Assembly: GCA_964513505.1 (NCBI GenBank)
Contig: CAZENL010000003.1
Span: 8 to 64,007, forward strand
Direction: 5' to 3'
DNA: 64,000 nucleotides
Source of the DNA: an uncultured Anaerolineaceae bacterium
GTDB taxonomy: Bacteria > Chloroflexota > Limnocylindria > Limnocylindrales > CSP1-4
Every line of letters begins with the position of its first letter. Position 1 is the stretch's first letter. Both the position numbers and the translations under genes were made by a program. The notes beneath the pieces were generated by a model. The model searched no databases and was not told the DNA's origin. It worked only from the letters and a program-made list of their open reading frames with translations. Shown here piece by piece: positions 1 through 7,760 of the stretch.

Positions 1-44
1 GTCGCGGACGAACTGGGGCGACGCTGGATGACCCGGGGTGTTGT

Positions 45-70
45 GAACGCTCGTTCATGAACATGCGTTC
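45..70. promoter_or_regulatory. Two tandem LexA/SOS (Cheo-type) boxes, TGAAC-N4-GTTCA
   Basis: tGAACgctcGTTCa lies at 45-56 and tGAACatgcGTTCa at 59-70, 2 nt apart, in a locally AT-rich patch. Both fit the GAAC-N4-GTTC LexA consensus of Gram-positive, actinobacterial and Chloroflexi lineages. The minus strand of 1-44 has no ATG/GTG/TTG, so the regulated gene is off-window to the left. Confidence 0.5.
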
Positions 71-142
71 ATCATTGCCGTCCGCGCGGCCTTTGTCAAG
101 CCGGGGCGTCGTCCCGGTCCGCGACGCGCAAGGTTCGAAACC

Positions 143-1639
143 CTAGGCAGGCCACCACGAGCGCATCGGACGCAGCCAGCGCGGCCCGACCGCGCCCCAG
201 CTGCCGATCGCCTCGATGCCGGCGAACATCGTTGCGGGCGACGGGTCTGCGACGGCCGATCCACCATCCGGCGCCGCTCCTCGTCTGCCATGGAAGGGGC
301 GGTACCAAACCGGCGCGGCCGCCTCCCCTCTTGCGAAGCTGGAGGCGCTTCGCGTGAGCAGCGCCTCGACGTCCGGTGCGAGCCCCAGCGCGACCGCCCA
401 CGCGATCGCCTGGTCGGGCGTCGAGAGCCACGGCAGGCCGGCCGGCCCGACCGCATCGCGGACCGAGGAGGCCGACCGGAAGGTCATCTGGAGGGTTCGG
501 CGGTACGCGGCGAGCTGGGCTCGGACCCGGCCGCCCTCCGCGGATGGCTGCACCATCTTGGGCGCCAGCCAGTACGCCACAAGCCCGCCGAACAGCAGCC
601 CCAGGCCCAACCCTGTCTGGGAATCGGAGTATCCGTGGACGCCGGTTGACAGGAGCGCGATGCCCGCGACGACCGCGACTGCACCCGCGATGCGCCAGCG
701 AATCCGCGTCACGATCGGCATCGCGCCGAGCCACCCATGGCGACGTGCGTAGGTCTCCAGGAACGTGCCGAAGAACATCGGCGTGGCCAGCGCCCGTGCG
801 TCGCGAGCGCTGATGTGCAGCAACGGCGGAGCGCTCGGGGCATCCGTCCCCGCGTCAGGATCGGAGTCCGTCGCCGCGTCAGGGTCGGAGTCCGTCGCCG
901 CGTCGGGTCCGGATGCGGGCGCCGAGGCCGCGAGGGCTTCGGAGGCTTGCACCGGCGCCGCCTCGGGCGTCTGAGGCCGTGTCGCCGCCGCCAGGGCACG
1001 GGACGCGGGCGCGGGCAGCGCGTGCCCGGTCTGCGCCTCGTAGGCGCGGGCGATCGTGGCCGGATCCGCTCCCCCCGCCGACAGGAGCCCGTGCTCGCGC
1101 TCCTCGGTGGCCGCTGCGCCCGCCTGATCCGCCGGGGTCAGTGACGCTTCGCGAAGGACTGCCCCGACCATCGACTCGCCCGTCTCGATCAGGAACGGGA
1201 AATTCGTGTTCGACTGGGCATCCGCGTCCCACGGCGCGTGCCGGCGATGTCCCGCTGCCAATTCCAGCTGGCCGAGGAGCCACGCCTCGGCCTCCCCCGC
1301 GGGCTGCCGTCGGTTCTGCTGAACGCGTGGATCCATGGGACCCGCGCCGCCGATCTCGATCCCGATGTCGGCCCTGTCCCCCGTCACGCTCTCCGCCGCG
1401 AACCCGATCTCGCCGCGACTCGCCAGGTCCAGGAGGGCGGCCATGAAGGCGACGCGCGTGGGGGCTCCGTCGACGATCGCTGCCGACGCTGGCGTCATTC
1501 CCTCTGGAGGTGCCGCAAGCAGGATGGATGGGTCATCGATGGCGGTCGCCGCACGACCACGCCGGAGATGCACCAACGCCATGGAGCCGACGACGACCGC
1601 GAACCCGGCAAGGGTCCAGATGAGGAGCGTATCCGGCAT
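143..1639 (-). CDS. DUF2207-family integral membrane protein
   Basis: This is the ORF 143..1744 trimmed to the ATG at 1639 (MPDTLLIW...). It has an N-terminal TM helix and the motif PPEGMTPASAAIVDGAPTRVAFMAALLDLASRGEIGF, which is typical of the DUF2207 C-terminal region. Two further TM helices follow. The upstream 35 codons are Arg/Pro-rich and overlap nothing conserved. Confidence 0.75.
   Translation of the reverse strand: MPDTLLIWTLAGFAVVVGSMALVHLRRGRAATAIDDPSILLAAPPEGMTPASAAIVDGAPTRVAFMAALLDLASRGEIGFAAESVTGDRADIGIEIGGAGPMDPRVQQNRRQPAGEAEAWLLGQLELAAGHRRHAPWDADAQSNTNFPFLIETGESMVGAVLREASLTPADQAGAAATEEREHGLLSAGGADPATIARAYEAQTGHALPAPASRALAAATRPQTPEAAPVQASEALAASAPASGPDAATDSDPDAATDSDPDAGTDAPSAPPLLHISARDARALATPMFFGTFLETYARRHGWLGAMPIVTRIRWRIAGAVAVVAGIALLSTGVHGYSDSQTGLGLGLLFGGLVAYWLAPKMVQPSAEGGRVRAQLAAYRRTLQMTFRSASSVRDAVGPAGLPWLSTPDQAIAWAVALGLAPDVEALLTRSASSFARGEAAAPVWYRPFHGRRGAAPDGGSAVADPSPATMFAGIEAIGSWGAVGPRWLRPMRSWWPA
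851..898. repeat. In-frame 24-bp tandem repeat (2 full units plus a partial third)
   Basis: cgcgtcaggatcggagtccgtcgc and cgcgtcagggtcggagtccgtcgc differ at one position. On the minus strand they encode DAATDSDP DAATDSDP DAGTD inside the DUF2207 gene. Confidence 0.85.
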
Positions 1640-1706
1640 GACGGAGCATCCAATTCGGCGAGAACGCGGGACCTGGCGAGGTCGCGGGACCGGGCGCGCT
1701 CGAAGT

Positions 1707-2351
1707 CTACAGACGCCCCGGTTCGCTCGAGGCGTCGGCGGCACGCTCCATCGCCGGCACTCCCGCGGCGCGGCCGCTGACGAAGTCGTAGACCAGGCTG
1801 CTCCACGTCTCCAGCCGATCGTAGACGCGCAGCACCTCGCTCGGAGCCACGAACGCGCCCTCCAGCTTGTGCGTCTCGCGGATGGCCACCTCCCGGCCGT
1901 CCGCCTCCGCCACGCAGACGATGCCGAGGTGGACCTGGCCGACCGGGTCCGAGTCGTCGTTGAGCAGGCCGATCACGCGAAAGCTGGGCGTGAAATCGGC
2001 CACCAGCTCCTCCGACCACTCGCGTAACAAGCCGCCTTCTACCCCGCCGTCCTCCGGGTTGACGTGGCCGCCCACGCCGATCGACCAGCGCTCGTGCAAG
2101 CGCGCATCGGTGCCGGCGCTGGTGCGACGCATCAGGTAGATCCGGCCGCGGTCGCGCAGCACCAGGTACGGGATGACCTGCTTCCAGGACGGGTCCTGCT
2201 CCACGTCGCCGCGCGCGCGGTACGTGCCCTCGGCCGCGATGCGGTCCAGGTACGGCTGCACATTCCCATACATGACCCCGCGCCAGGTGGCTCCGCCAAG
2301 CAGCCGCGAGCGTGGCAGCCCCAGCACCAACTCGGTGGTTGCGTCACTCAT
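1707..2351 (-). CDS. NUDIX hydrolase family protein
   Basis: This is the ORF 1707..2441 trimmed to the ATG at 2351 (MSDATTELV...). It carries a Nudix box, GGHVNPEDGGVEGGLLREWSEELV (G-x5-E-x7-REW-x-EE-L). Confidence 0.8.
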   Translation of the reverse strand: MSDATTELVLGLPRSRLLGGATWRGVMYGNVQPYLDRIAAEGTYRARGDVEQDPSWKQVIPYLVLRDRGRIYLMRRTSAGTDARLHERWSIGVGGHVNPEDGGVEGGLLREWSEELVADFTPSFRVIGLLNDDSDPVGQVHLGIVCVAEADGREVAIRETHKLEGAFVAPSEVLRVYDRLETWSSLVYDFVSGRAAGVPAMERAADASSEPGRL

Positions 2352-2357
2352 GGCCTG

Positions 2358-2363
2358 ATCGTA
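2358..2363 (-). promoter_or_regulatory. -10-like hexamer TACGAT, 6 nt upstream of the NUDIX ATG (leaderless candidate)
   Basis: The minus strand reads cgcTACGATcaggccATG. This follows the pattern seen at several other starts in the window. Confidence 0.4.
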
Positions 2364-2370
2364 GCGGGAC

Positions 2371-2410
2371 AGACGAAAGCCCCGGATCGTGGGAGCGATA
2401 TCCGGGGCTT
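2371..2410 (-). terminator. Intrinsic terminator downstream of trpB2
   Basis: A perfect 11-bp inverted repeat, AAGCCCCGGAT (2377-2387) and ATCCGGGGCTT (2400-2410), encloses a 12-nt loop. On the minus-strand RNA it is followed by UUUCGUCUGU. It lies 59 nt after the trpB2 stop. Confidence 0.65.
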
Positions 2411-2469
2411 CCGTTGGCGGCCGATTCGGACGACCGTGCACGCATGACGCGCCCGGCCGTCAATCCGTT

Positions 2470-3831
2470 TCACATGCTCGGGACGGTCTCCATGGCCTCT
2501 TCGATCCGCGACTGCGGAAGCTCGTAGTCCTCCAGGGTTCCCGAGAGGTAGCGCTCGTACGAGGACAGGTCGAAGTGGCCGTGGCCGCTGAGGATGAAGA
2601 GGATCACCGGCGACGTGCCCTCTTCCTTGGCCTTGTTGGCGAGGTCCACGACCACGGAGATGGCGTGCGTTGGCTCGGGCGCCGGCAGGATGCCTTCGGT
2701 GCGGGCGAACAGGACGCCGGCCTCGAAGCTCTTGCGCTGGTGCACGGCATTGGCCTCGATGTGGCCATCCTCCTTGAGCAGCGAAACCAGCGGCGACATG
2801 CCGTGGTAGCGCAACCCGCCGGCATGGATCGGATCGGGCACGAAGTCGTGGCCCAACGTGTGCATCTTCACCAGCGGTGTCATCTGCGCCGTATCGCCGA
2901 AGTCGTAGCGGTACTCGCCGCGAGTCATGGAGGGCGCAGCCTCTGGCTCCACGGCGATGACGCGGTACTTCTTGCCCTCGCGGAAGCTGCGACCCAGCCA
3001 TGGGAACGCGAGGCCGGCGAAGTTGGAGCCGCCGCCGGCACAGCCCACGATCACATCCGGCTCTTCGCCCGCCATGGCCATCTGCTCGATCGATTCCAGG
3101 CCGATGACCGACTGGTGCAGCAGCACGAAGTCGAAGACGGAGCCCAGCGAGTACTTGGTCCCTGGATGCGTGACCGTGTCCTCGATGGCCTCGCTGATGG
3201 CGATTCCCAGCGAGCCGGTGTGGTCGGGGTGCTCGGAGAGGATCTTCTTCCCGTATTCCGTGTCGAAGCTCGGGCTTGGCACCACCTGGGCGCCATACGT
3301 CTCCATCAGGATCCGGCGATACGGCTTCTGGTCGTAGCTGGCCCTGACCATGTAGACCTTGACTTCCAGGTCGAACGCAGCTCCCGCGAACGCGAGCGCC
3401 GAGCCCCACTGGCCTGCGCCCGTCTCCGTCGCCAGGCGCGTCACGCCCTCCTGCTTGTTGTAGAACGCCTGCGGAATCGCGGTATTGGGCTTGTGGCTGC
3501 CGGATGGGCTGCCGCCCTCGTACTTGTAATAGATGTGCGCGGGCGTGCCCAACGCCTTCTCCAGCCGATGCGCGCGGTAGAGCGGTGAGGGACGGTAGAG
3601 CGCGTAGACCTGGCGGACAGGCTCCGGGATCTCGATCTCGCGGTCGGTGCTGACGACCTGCTTGATCAGCTCCATGGGGAACAGCGGTGCCAGGTCCGCG
3701 GGCCCGATGGGCTGGCCGGTGCCAGGATGCAGGACGGGCGGTGCCGGCTTCGGCAGGTCCGCCGCGATGTTGTACCAGCTGCGCGGAATGCGATCCTCGG
3801 TCAGCACGTACTTGGTCTGTTGCGTGGCCAT
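2470..3831 (-). CDS. trpB2: TrpB2-type tryptophan synthase beta-subunit-like PLP enzyme
   Basis: This is the ORF 2470..3963 trimmed to the ATG at 3831 (MATQQTKYVLTEDRIPRSWYNI...). It has the PLP-lysine motif KYEGGSPSGSHKPNTA and reads as a TrpB2-family sequence over its full length. Confidence 0.93.
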   Translation of the reverse strand: MATQQTKYVLTEDRIPRSWYNIAADLPKPAPPVLHPGTGQPIGPADLAPLFPMELIKQVVSTDREIEIPEPVRQVYALYRPSPLYRAHRLEKALGTPAHIYYKYEGGSPSGSHKPNTAIPQAFYNKQEGVTRLATETGAGQWGSALAFAGAAFDLEVKVYMVRASYDQKPYRRILMETYGAQVVPSPSFDTEYGKKILSEHPDHTGSLGIAISEAIEDTVTHPGTKYSLGSVFDFVLLHQSVIGLESIEQMAMAGEEPDVIVGCAGGGSNFAGLAFPWLGRSFREGKKYRVIAVEPEAAPSMTRGEYRYDFGDTAQMTPLVKMHTLGHDFVPDPIHAGGLRYHGMSPLVSLLKEDGHIEANAVHQRKSFEAGVLFARTEGILPAPEPTHAISVVVDLANKAKEEGTSPVILFILSGHGHFDLSSYERYLSGTLEDYELPQSRIEEAMETVPSM

Positions 3832-4087
3832 GTGACGGACCCTCCTGTGGCTCTGCTCCGGCAATCGTCCCGGTGCCGGAAAACACGTGACCGGCCTTCT
3901 GTCCTGCCGGGACGAAAGGCCGGTCCTTCCGCGGTACCACCCGTTTTCGGCGCAACGCCGCACTCACATGGTCTGGGCTCGCGGGTCCATTCCCCATCGC
4001 CACCGTCCCGGCTTCCACCAGCCGCCGGGTCTCTGTTCCGGTTGCGCGACGGGTACTCTTCCCGGTCGCTGCCCGTCTTCAGTTGTG
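3832..4087 (-). promoter_or_regulatory. T-box riboswitch leader, probable Trp (UGG) specifier
   Basis: The minus strand contains the canonical T-box sequence AAACGGGTGGTACCGCGG (core at 3930-3942). A hairpin, CCCGGC-GGCUGGUGGAA-GCCGGG, presents UGG followed by A (UGG at 4015-4017). A terminator helix lies downstream, and the leader sits directly 5' of trpB2. Confidence 0.8.
3879..3925 (-). terminator. T-box terminator helix
   Basis: On the minus strand, GACCGGCCUU...AAGGCCGGUC (arms at 3916-3925 and 3889-3898) is followed by ACGUGUUUUCC. The 5' arm overlaps the 3' side of the T-box antiterminator region. Confidence 0.6.
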
Positions 4088-4093
4088 CCTGGG

Positions 4094-4122
4094 AGTCTAG
4101 AGAGCCCCCATCGCGCCGTCAA
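4094..4122 (-). promoter_or_regulatory. Sigma-70-type promoter of the T-box/trpB2 unit
   Basis: The minus strand reads TTGACG (4117-4122), a 17-nt spacer, then TAGACT (4094-4099). Confidence 0.55.
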
Positions 4123-4158
4123 CGCGCACGAGGGCTCCCTCTCGACTCATGGAAGCGT

Positions 4159-4443
4159 TCAGTAGCTGGACGATTCCGCCTCATTTGCGATCCAGACCGA
4201 CGGCGCGGAGTCCACACCGGCGCGGTGCATCACGTCCGGCAGCGACGGATCCTGGGCGAACGCCTGCGCCCCGGCCAGCGTCGCGAAGTCGTTCACCACG
4301 ATCACCATGTTCGGATCGTCGGCCGCCCGATTGATCGCGTGGCCCGTGGCGCCGTGCCCGCGCCGTACCGCCTCGTGTTCCGTGAAGACCGGATACCACG
4401 CGTCGTAATCCGCGACATGGTGCGCGACGATGACCTTGACCAT
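4159..4443 (-). CDS. Small (94 aa) alpha/beta-barrel (ABM/Dabb-like) protein of unknown function
   Basis: The ATG at 4443 has a GGAGG Shine-Dalgarno sequence 8 nt upstream. The sequence MVKVIVAHHVADYDAWYPVFTEHEAVRRGHG...DPNMVIVVNDFATLAGAQAF has the pattern of small stress or 'cyclase'-annotated proteins. It is divergent from the MarR gene. Confidence 0.7.
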   Translation of the reverse strand: MVKVIVAHHVADYDAWYPVFTEHEAVRRGHGATGHAINRAADDPNMVIVVNDFATLAGAQAFAQDPSLPDVMHRAGVDSAPSVWIANEAESSSY

Positions 4444-4496
4444 GGAACGTGCCTCCGTCCACTTGACTGGGTCGACCGGACCCCATCCGCCGGTCC

Positions 4497-4513
4497 TTAG
4501 GGCCCTAACTATA
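4497..4513. promoter_or_regulatory. Perfect 12-bp palindrome TTAGGGCCCTAA abutting a TATAGT -10 (candidate MarR operator)
   Basis: The palindrome spans 4497-4508. On the minus strand TATAGT (4508-4513) lies immediately 5' of it, in the 102-bp divergent intergenic region between the small barrel-protein gene and the MarR gene. Confidence 0.5.
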
Positions 4514-4545
4514 TGCTACGGCCCCATATTGTCAACACCCTTATC

Positions 4546-5052
4546 ATGTCTTCCGTGACGAAGATCGAGATGCCGGACGACTTCTACGCGCAGACGCCGG
4601 ACGGCGATGCGCGGGCCACCGAAGCCGTGATGAACACGATTCGCACGGCGGACATGCTGTTCGACCGAATTGGCCGGCTGCTCCGTCCCCTGGGGGTGAG
4701 CGCGGCCGGAGGCCTGGTGCTCGGTCAGCTGCGCGACCGGGGTCCCATGTCGCCGTCGGAGCTGGGTGATCGGCTCATCGTCACGCGCGCAACGGTGACC
4801 GGACTGCTCGATTCCCTGGAACGTCGCGGGTTCATCCAGCGCGTGGCACACCCGACCGATCGCCGCAGTCTGGTGGTCGAGATCACGGCCGACGGGCTGG
4901 AGGTCCTCCAGCGCCTGCGGACCCTGGTGCACCACCACGAGAAGGCCTGGATGTCCGCCTTCGGCAACGACGAATTGGGCCGCTACATCCAGGTGCTCCA
5001 TCGCATCCAGGACTCCCTGTCGGCGACGGCGGAGGACGACTCGCCCGGCTGA
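4546..5052 (+). CDS. MarR family transcriptional regulator
   Basis: A winged-helix region, SPSELGDRLIVTRATVTGLLDSLERRGFIQRVAHPTDRRSLVVEITADG, supports the call. The start is either the ATG at 4546 or the ATG at 4513, and I cannot resolve which. Confidence 0.88.
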   Translation: MSSVTKIEMPDDFYAQTPDGDARATEAVMNTIRTADMLFDRIGRLLRPLGVSAAGGLVLGQLRDRGPMSPSELGDRLIVTRATVTGLLDSLERRGFIQRVAHPTDRRSLVVEITADGLEVLQRLRTLVHHHEKAWMSAFGNDELGRYIQVLHRIQDSLSATAEDDSPG

Positions 5053-5069
5053 TCCACCGCGGGAACGGA

Positions 5070-5603
5070 TCAGGTCTCGATCAGTCGTGCCTCGTGCAGG
5101 GATTCGTAATGGGGCGCGCCGTGCCCCAGGTCGCTGGCGAAGAGCACCACCCGATCACAGGTCCACGTCACGGCCGCCACGGCTCCGGGATCGCGGAGTG
5201 CCCGGACCAGCTGATACGTCGCGCGGCGGGCCACGGTGAGGTGCGGAGCGTGGCCCTTTGCCGGCCACGCCGTGCCGGTCTCCAGGCGTTCGCTGAGTGC
5301 CGTGGCCAGGCCCGCCGTTTCGTCCGCGCCACGGTCCAGGTTGAGCCACGCCACGCCGAGGCCTCCCCTCCCCGGCTGGCCGACCCGGCCACCGCCGGCG
5401 TCGGTGCGGATCTCGAATTGGTGCCGGTGGACGGCAATGTCGTCCAGCGCGGCACGCAGCTCCGGCAGGCGCGCCACCGGCGTCCCTCCCAGGAACAGCA
5501 CCGTCAGGTGGAGCGAATCGGGCGGCAGCCAGCGAACCTGCGGGTGCGGCTGGCGGAGGGGCGCAAGCGCGTCCGCGATTGCCGCAGCGGCGCTCTGCGG
5601 CAC
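5070..5603 (-). CDS. thpR: RNA 2',3'-cyclic phosphodiesterase (2H phosphoesterase, ThpR/LigT family)
   Basis: Two H-x-T-x motifs are present (LHLTVLF and PHLTVAR). The conserved N-terminal strand LRLFIALPVP lies upstream of the first canonical start (GTG at 5603). The true start is therefore probably a CTG at 5627 or 5642. Confidence 0.8.
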   Translation of the reverse strand: MPQSAAAAIADALAPLRQPHPQVRWLPPDSLHLTVLFLGGTPVARLPELRAALDDIAVHRHQFEIRTDAGGGRVGQPGRGGLGVAWLNLDRGADETAGLATALSERLETGTAWPAKGHAPHLTVARRATYQLVRALRDPGAVAAVTWTCDRVVLFASDLGHGAPHYESLHEARLIET

Positions 5604-5653
5604 AGGCAGGGCGATGAAGAGGCGCAGCTCCCCTTCGGCCAGCTCGCGGCTTC

Positions 5654-6415
5654 TCAGCGGACGGCCGCGGTCGCCGGCCGCTCCACGCCGATCAGGTCTA
5701 GCAACCCGAACAGGTCGTGGATCAGGGGGACGCCGTCCGGCGCGCGCCGCTCGCCATCGCCTGCGTGGGAATGGGTGTGCCGGTCGATCAGCACGGGCCT
5801 GATGCCGGCCGTTTGGGCGCCGCGGACATCGGCGCGCACCGAGTCGCCGACGTGGATCGCGGCAGGCGGCGCCACGCGCATCACCTCCAGGGCATGCTCG
5901 AAGATGCCGACGTGGGGTTTCAGGTAGCCCACCCGGGCGCTGACGATCAGGCCGTCGAAGTGGCGCGCCAGTTCCAGGTCGTGGAGCAGCTCCGGTGCCT
6001 GCCAGGACCAGTTGCTGATCACGGCCAGGCGGATGGCGTTGGCGCGCAGCGCATCAAGGGCCGGGATCACGTCCGGGAAGATCCACCAGGACGAGCGTCG
6101 CGCAAAGATCTCCTCGACGCGGCGGAAGAACGTCTCCGGAAGGTCCGGGTAGCCGAGCTTGGCGAAGACCCGTCCGTCCAGCGCGACCAGCCGCCGGTAG
6201 GAAGCCTCCGCGGTCGCTTCGAAGGGTCCCTCGTCCTCGCCCTCGGCGAACACCTCCTCGAAGGCCCGGTGAAAGTCGTCCGGGTCCACCTTCAGGCCGA
6301 ACTCGGGGAAGGCGACGGCGTACACGTCGCCCCAGCTCGGATGGGCGCGCACCAGCGTGTCACCCAGGTCCAGGAAGACGACTTCGGGGCGCGGCAACCG
6401 CGCGTGGCTGGTCAC
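5654..6415 (-). CDS. HAD superfamily hydrolase (subfamily IA-like)
   Basis: The sequence VVFLDLGDTLV...ISNWSW...VGYLKP...HVGDSVRADVRGAQTAG supplies HAD motifs I-IV. The start is the GTG at 6415. Confidence 0.88.
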   Translation of the reverse strand: MTSHARLPRPEVVFLDLGDTLVRAHPSWGDVYAVAFPEFGLKVDPDDFHRAFEEVFAEGEDEGPFEATAEASYRRLVALDGRVFAKLGYPDLPETFFRRVEEIFARRSSWWIFPDVIPALDALRANAIRLAVISNWSWQAPELLHDLELARHFDGLIVSARVGYLKPHVGIFEHALEVMRVAPPAAIHVGDSVRADVRGAQTAGIRPVLIDRHTHSHAGDGERRAPDGVPLIHDLFGLLDLIGVERPATAAVR

Positions 6416-6421
6416 CCGGCC

Positions 6422-6427
6422 AGTCTA
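6422..6427 (-). promoter_or_regulatory. -10 hexamer TAGACT, 6 nt upstream of the HAD GTG (leaderless candidate)
   Basis: The minus strand reads ccCTAGACTggccggGTGACC. Confidence 0.5.
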
Positions 6428-6451
6428 GGGAAGCGGCGCGGTTTGCGACGC

Positions 6452-6480
6452 TTGCAGGCTCCGGTCCCGCGACGTAGCGT
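6452..6480 (+). promoter_or_regulatory. Candidate promoter of the PBP-TelA-vWA-XpaC-AAA+ cluster
   Basis: TTGCAG (6452-6457), a 17-nt spacer and TAGCGT (6475-6480) lie about 120 nt upstream of the TTG start at 6601. The call is by eye only. Confidence 0.3.
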
Positions 6481-6600
6481 GTACCGGAACGTCACCCGCG
6501 CCGGTTCGGTCGCGCGGCCGATCGCACGACCCAATCGACCTTCTGCTCAAAGGACCACCCAATTGCCGGCGATCCCACGCGCCGACCGGCGCGATCCACG

Positions 6601-7725
6601 TTGACCAATCCTGCGCGCCGCTACGCGGCCATCGCCATCGCGATCGTGCTGATCATCGGGGTCAGCGCGGCCATCTTCTCGTCCGTGCGGGACCGGCTGG
6701 CACCATCCACAGTGCCCGTGCAGGGCCTGATCGGGTCTGAGAAGCTGCCCTTCTTCCAGGACGCGCGCGTGATCGCCGCGTTCAAGCGAGGCGGCTACGA
6801 CGTGACGGTCAGGACCTCCGGCTCACGGGCCATCGCCAACGCGGACCTGTCCCAGCAGGACTTCGGCTTCCCGGCCGGGAGCCCGGCTGCGGCGGAGATC
6901 CTCAAACGCAACCCCGGCAGCACCAGCGTGGTCCCGTTCTTCACGCCCATGGCGATCGCCTCGTGGCAGCCGATCGTTGACCTGCTCACGACCGCTGGTG
7001 TGGTCAAGCAGCAGGCCGGCTACCAAACGCTCGACATGGCCGCCTACATGGCCATGGTGGCCAAGGACACGCGCTGGAAGGACCTGCCGAACAACACCAC
7101 GTATTCGGTCAACAAGAGCATCCTCATCACGTCGACGGACGTGCGCAGCTCCAACTCCGCGGCGATGTACCTGTCCATCGCCAGTTACGTGGTCAACGGT
7201 GACAACATCGTCCAGAACGATGCCAACATCGACACCATCGTCCAGCAGACCGCTCCGCTCTTCCTGCGGCAGGGCTTCGTCGAAGCGAGCTCCGAAGAGC
7301 CGTTCGACGACTATCTCGTGCAGGGTATGGGCAAGGCGCCGCTGGTGATGATCTACGAGTCGCAGTTCATCGCGCGGGCAGCTGCCAATGACGGCAGCAT
7401 CACGCCGCAGATGGTGCTGCTCTACCCTGAACCGACGATCTACTCCAAGCACACCTTCGTGGGGCTCACGGCCGCCGGCAAGAGCTTTGGCGATTTCCTC
7501 AACACGGATCCGGAAGTACGCACCCTGGCCACCGACTATGGCTTCCGGACGTCCGACACGGCAGCCTTCCAGACCTTCGTGACCAGCCACCAGCTCAGCG
7601 TTCCGTCGAGCCTGAACGACGTGATCGAGCCGCCCACGTACGAGACGCTCGAGTCGATGATCACCCGCTTCGAAGCCCTCTACAGCGGCTCGCTGCCCTC
7701 CCCGGCTCCAGAAACCAGCCCATAG
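6601..7725 (+). CDS. Signal-anchored periplasmic-binding-protein (PBP) fold protein, orphan (no ABC partner)
   Basis: The start is TTG. The N-terminus, RRYAAIAIAIVLIIGVSAAIF, is a positive patch followed by a TM anchor. The remainder resembles the N-terminal domain of the 9097-10662 product and extracellular solute-binding proteins. Confidence 0.75.
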   Translation: MTNPARRYAAIAIAIVLIIGVSAAIFSSVRDRLAPSTVPVQGLIGSEKLPFFQDARVIAAFKRGGYDVTVRTSGSRAIANADLSQQDFGFPAGSPAAAEILKRNPGSTSVVPFFTPMAIASWQPIVDLLTTAGVVKQQAGYQTLDMAAYMAMVAKDTRWKDLPNNTTYSVNKSILITSTDVRSSNSAAMYLSIASYVVNGDNIVQNDANIDTIVQQTAPLFLRQGFVEASSEEPFDDYLVQGMGKAPLVMIYESQFIARAAANDGSITPQMVLLYPEPTIYSKHTFVGLTAAGKSFGDFLNTDPEVRTLATDYGFRTSDTAAFQTFVTSHQLSVPSSLNDVIEPPTYETLESMITRFEALYSGSLPSPAPETSP

Positions 7726-7760
7726 CCATCGCAGGCCCAAACGACCCAAAGGAGTTCCCG

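Noticed and set aside
2348-4018. A 556-aa minus-strand ORF and 2389..3588 (+) across trpB2
   Set aside because: They are out-of-frame relative to the TrpB2 reading frame, which has the PLP-lysine motif. The 5' part would also run through the T-box leader.
5050-5072. The inverted repeat TGATCC-N11-GGATCA, containing both convergent stop codons (MarR and ThpR), as a bidirectional terminator
   Set aside because: The arms are only 6 bp, the loop is 11 nt and there are no U-tracts. That is insufficient for a terminator call.
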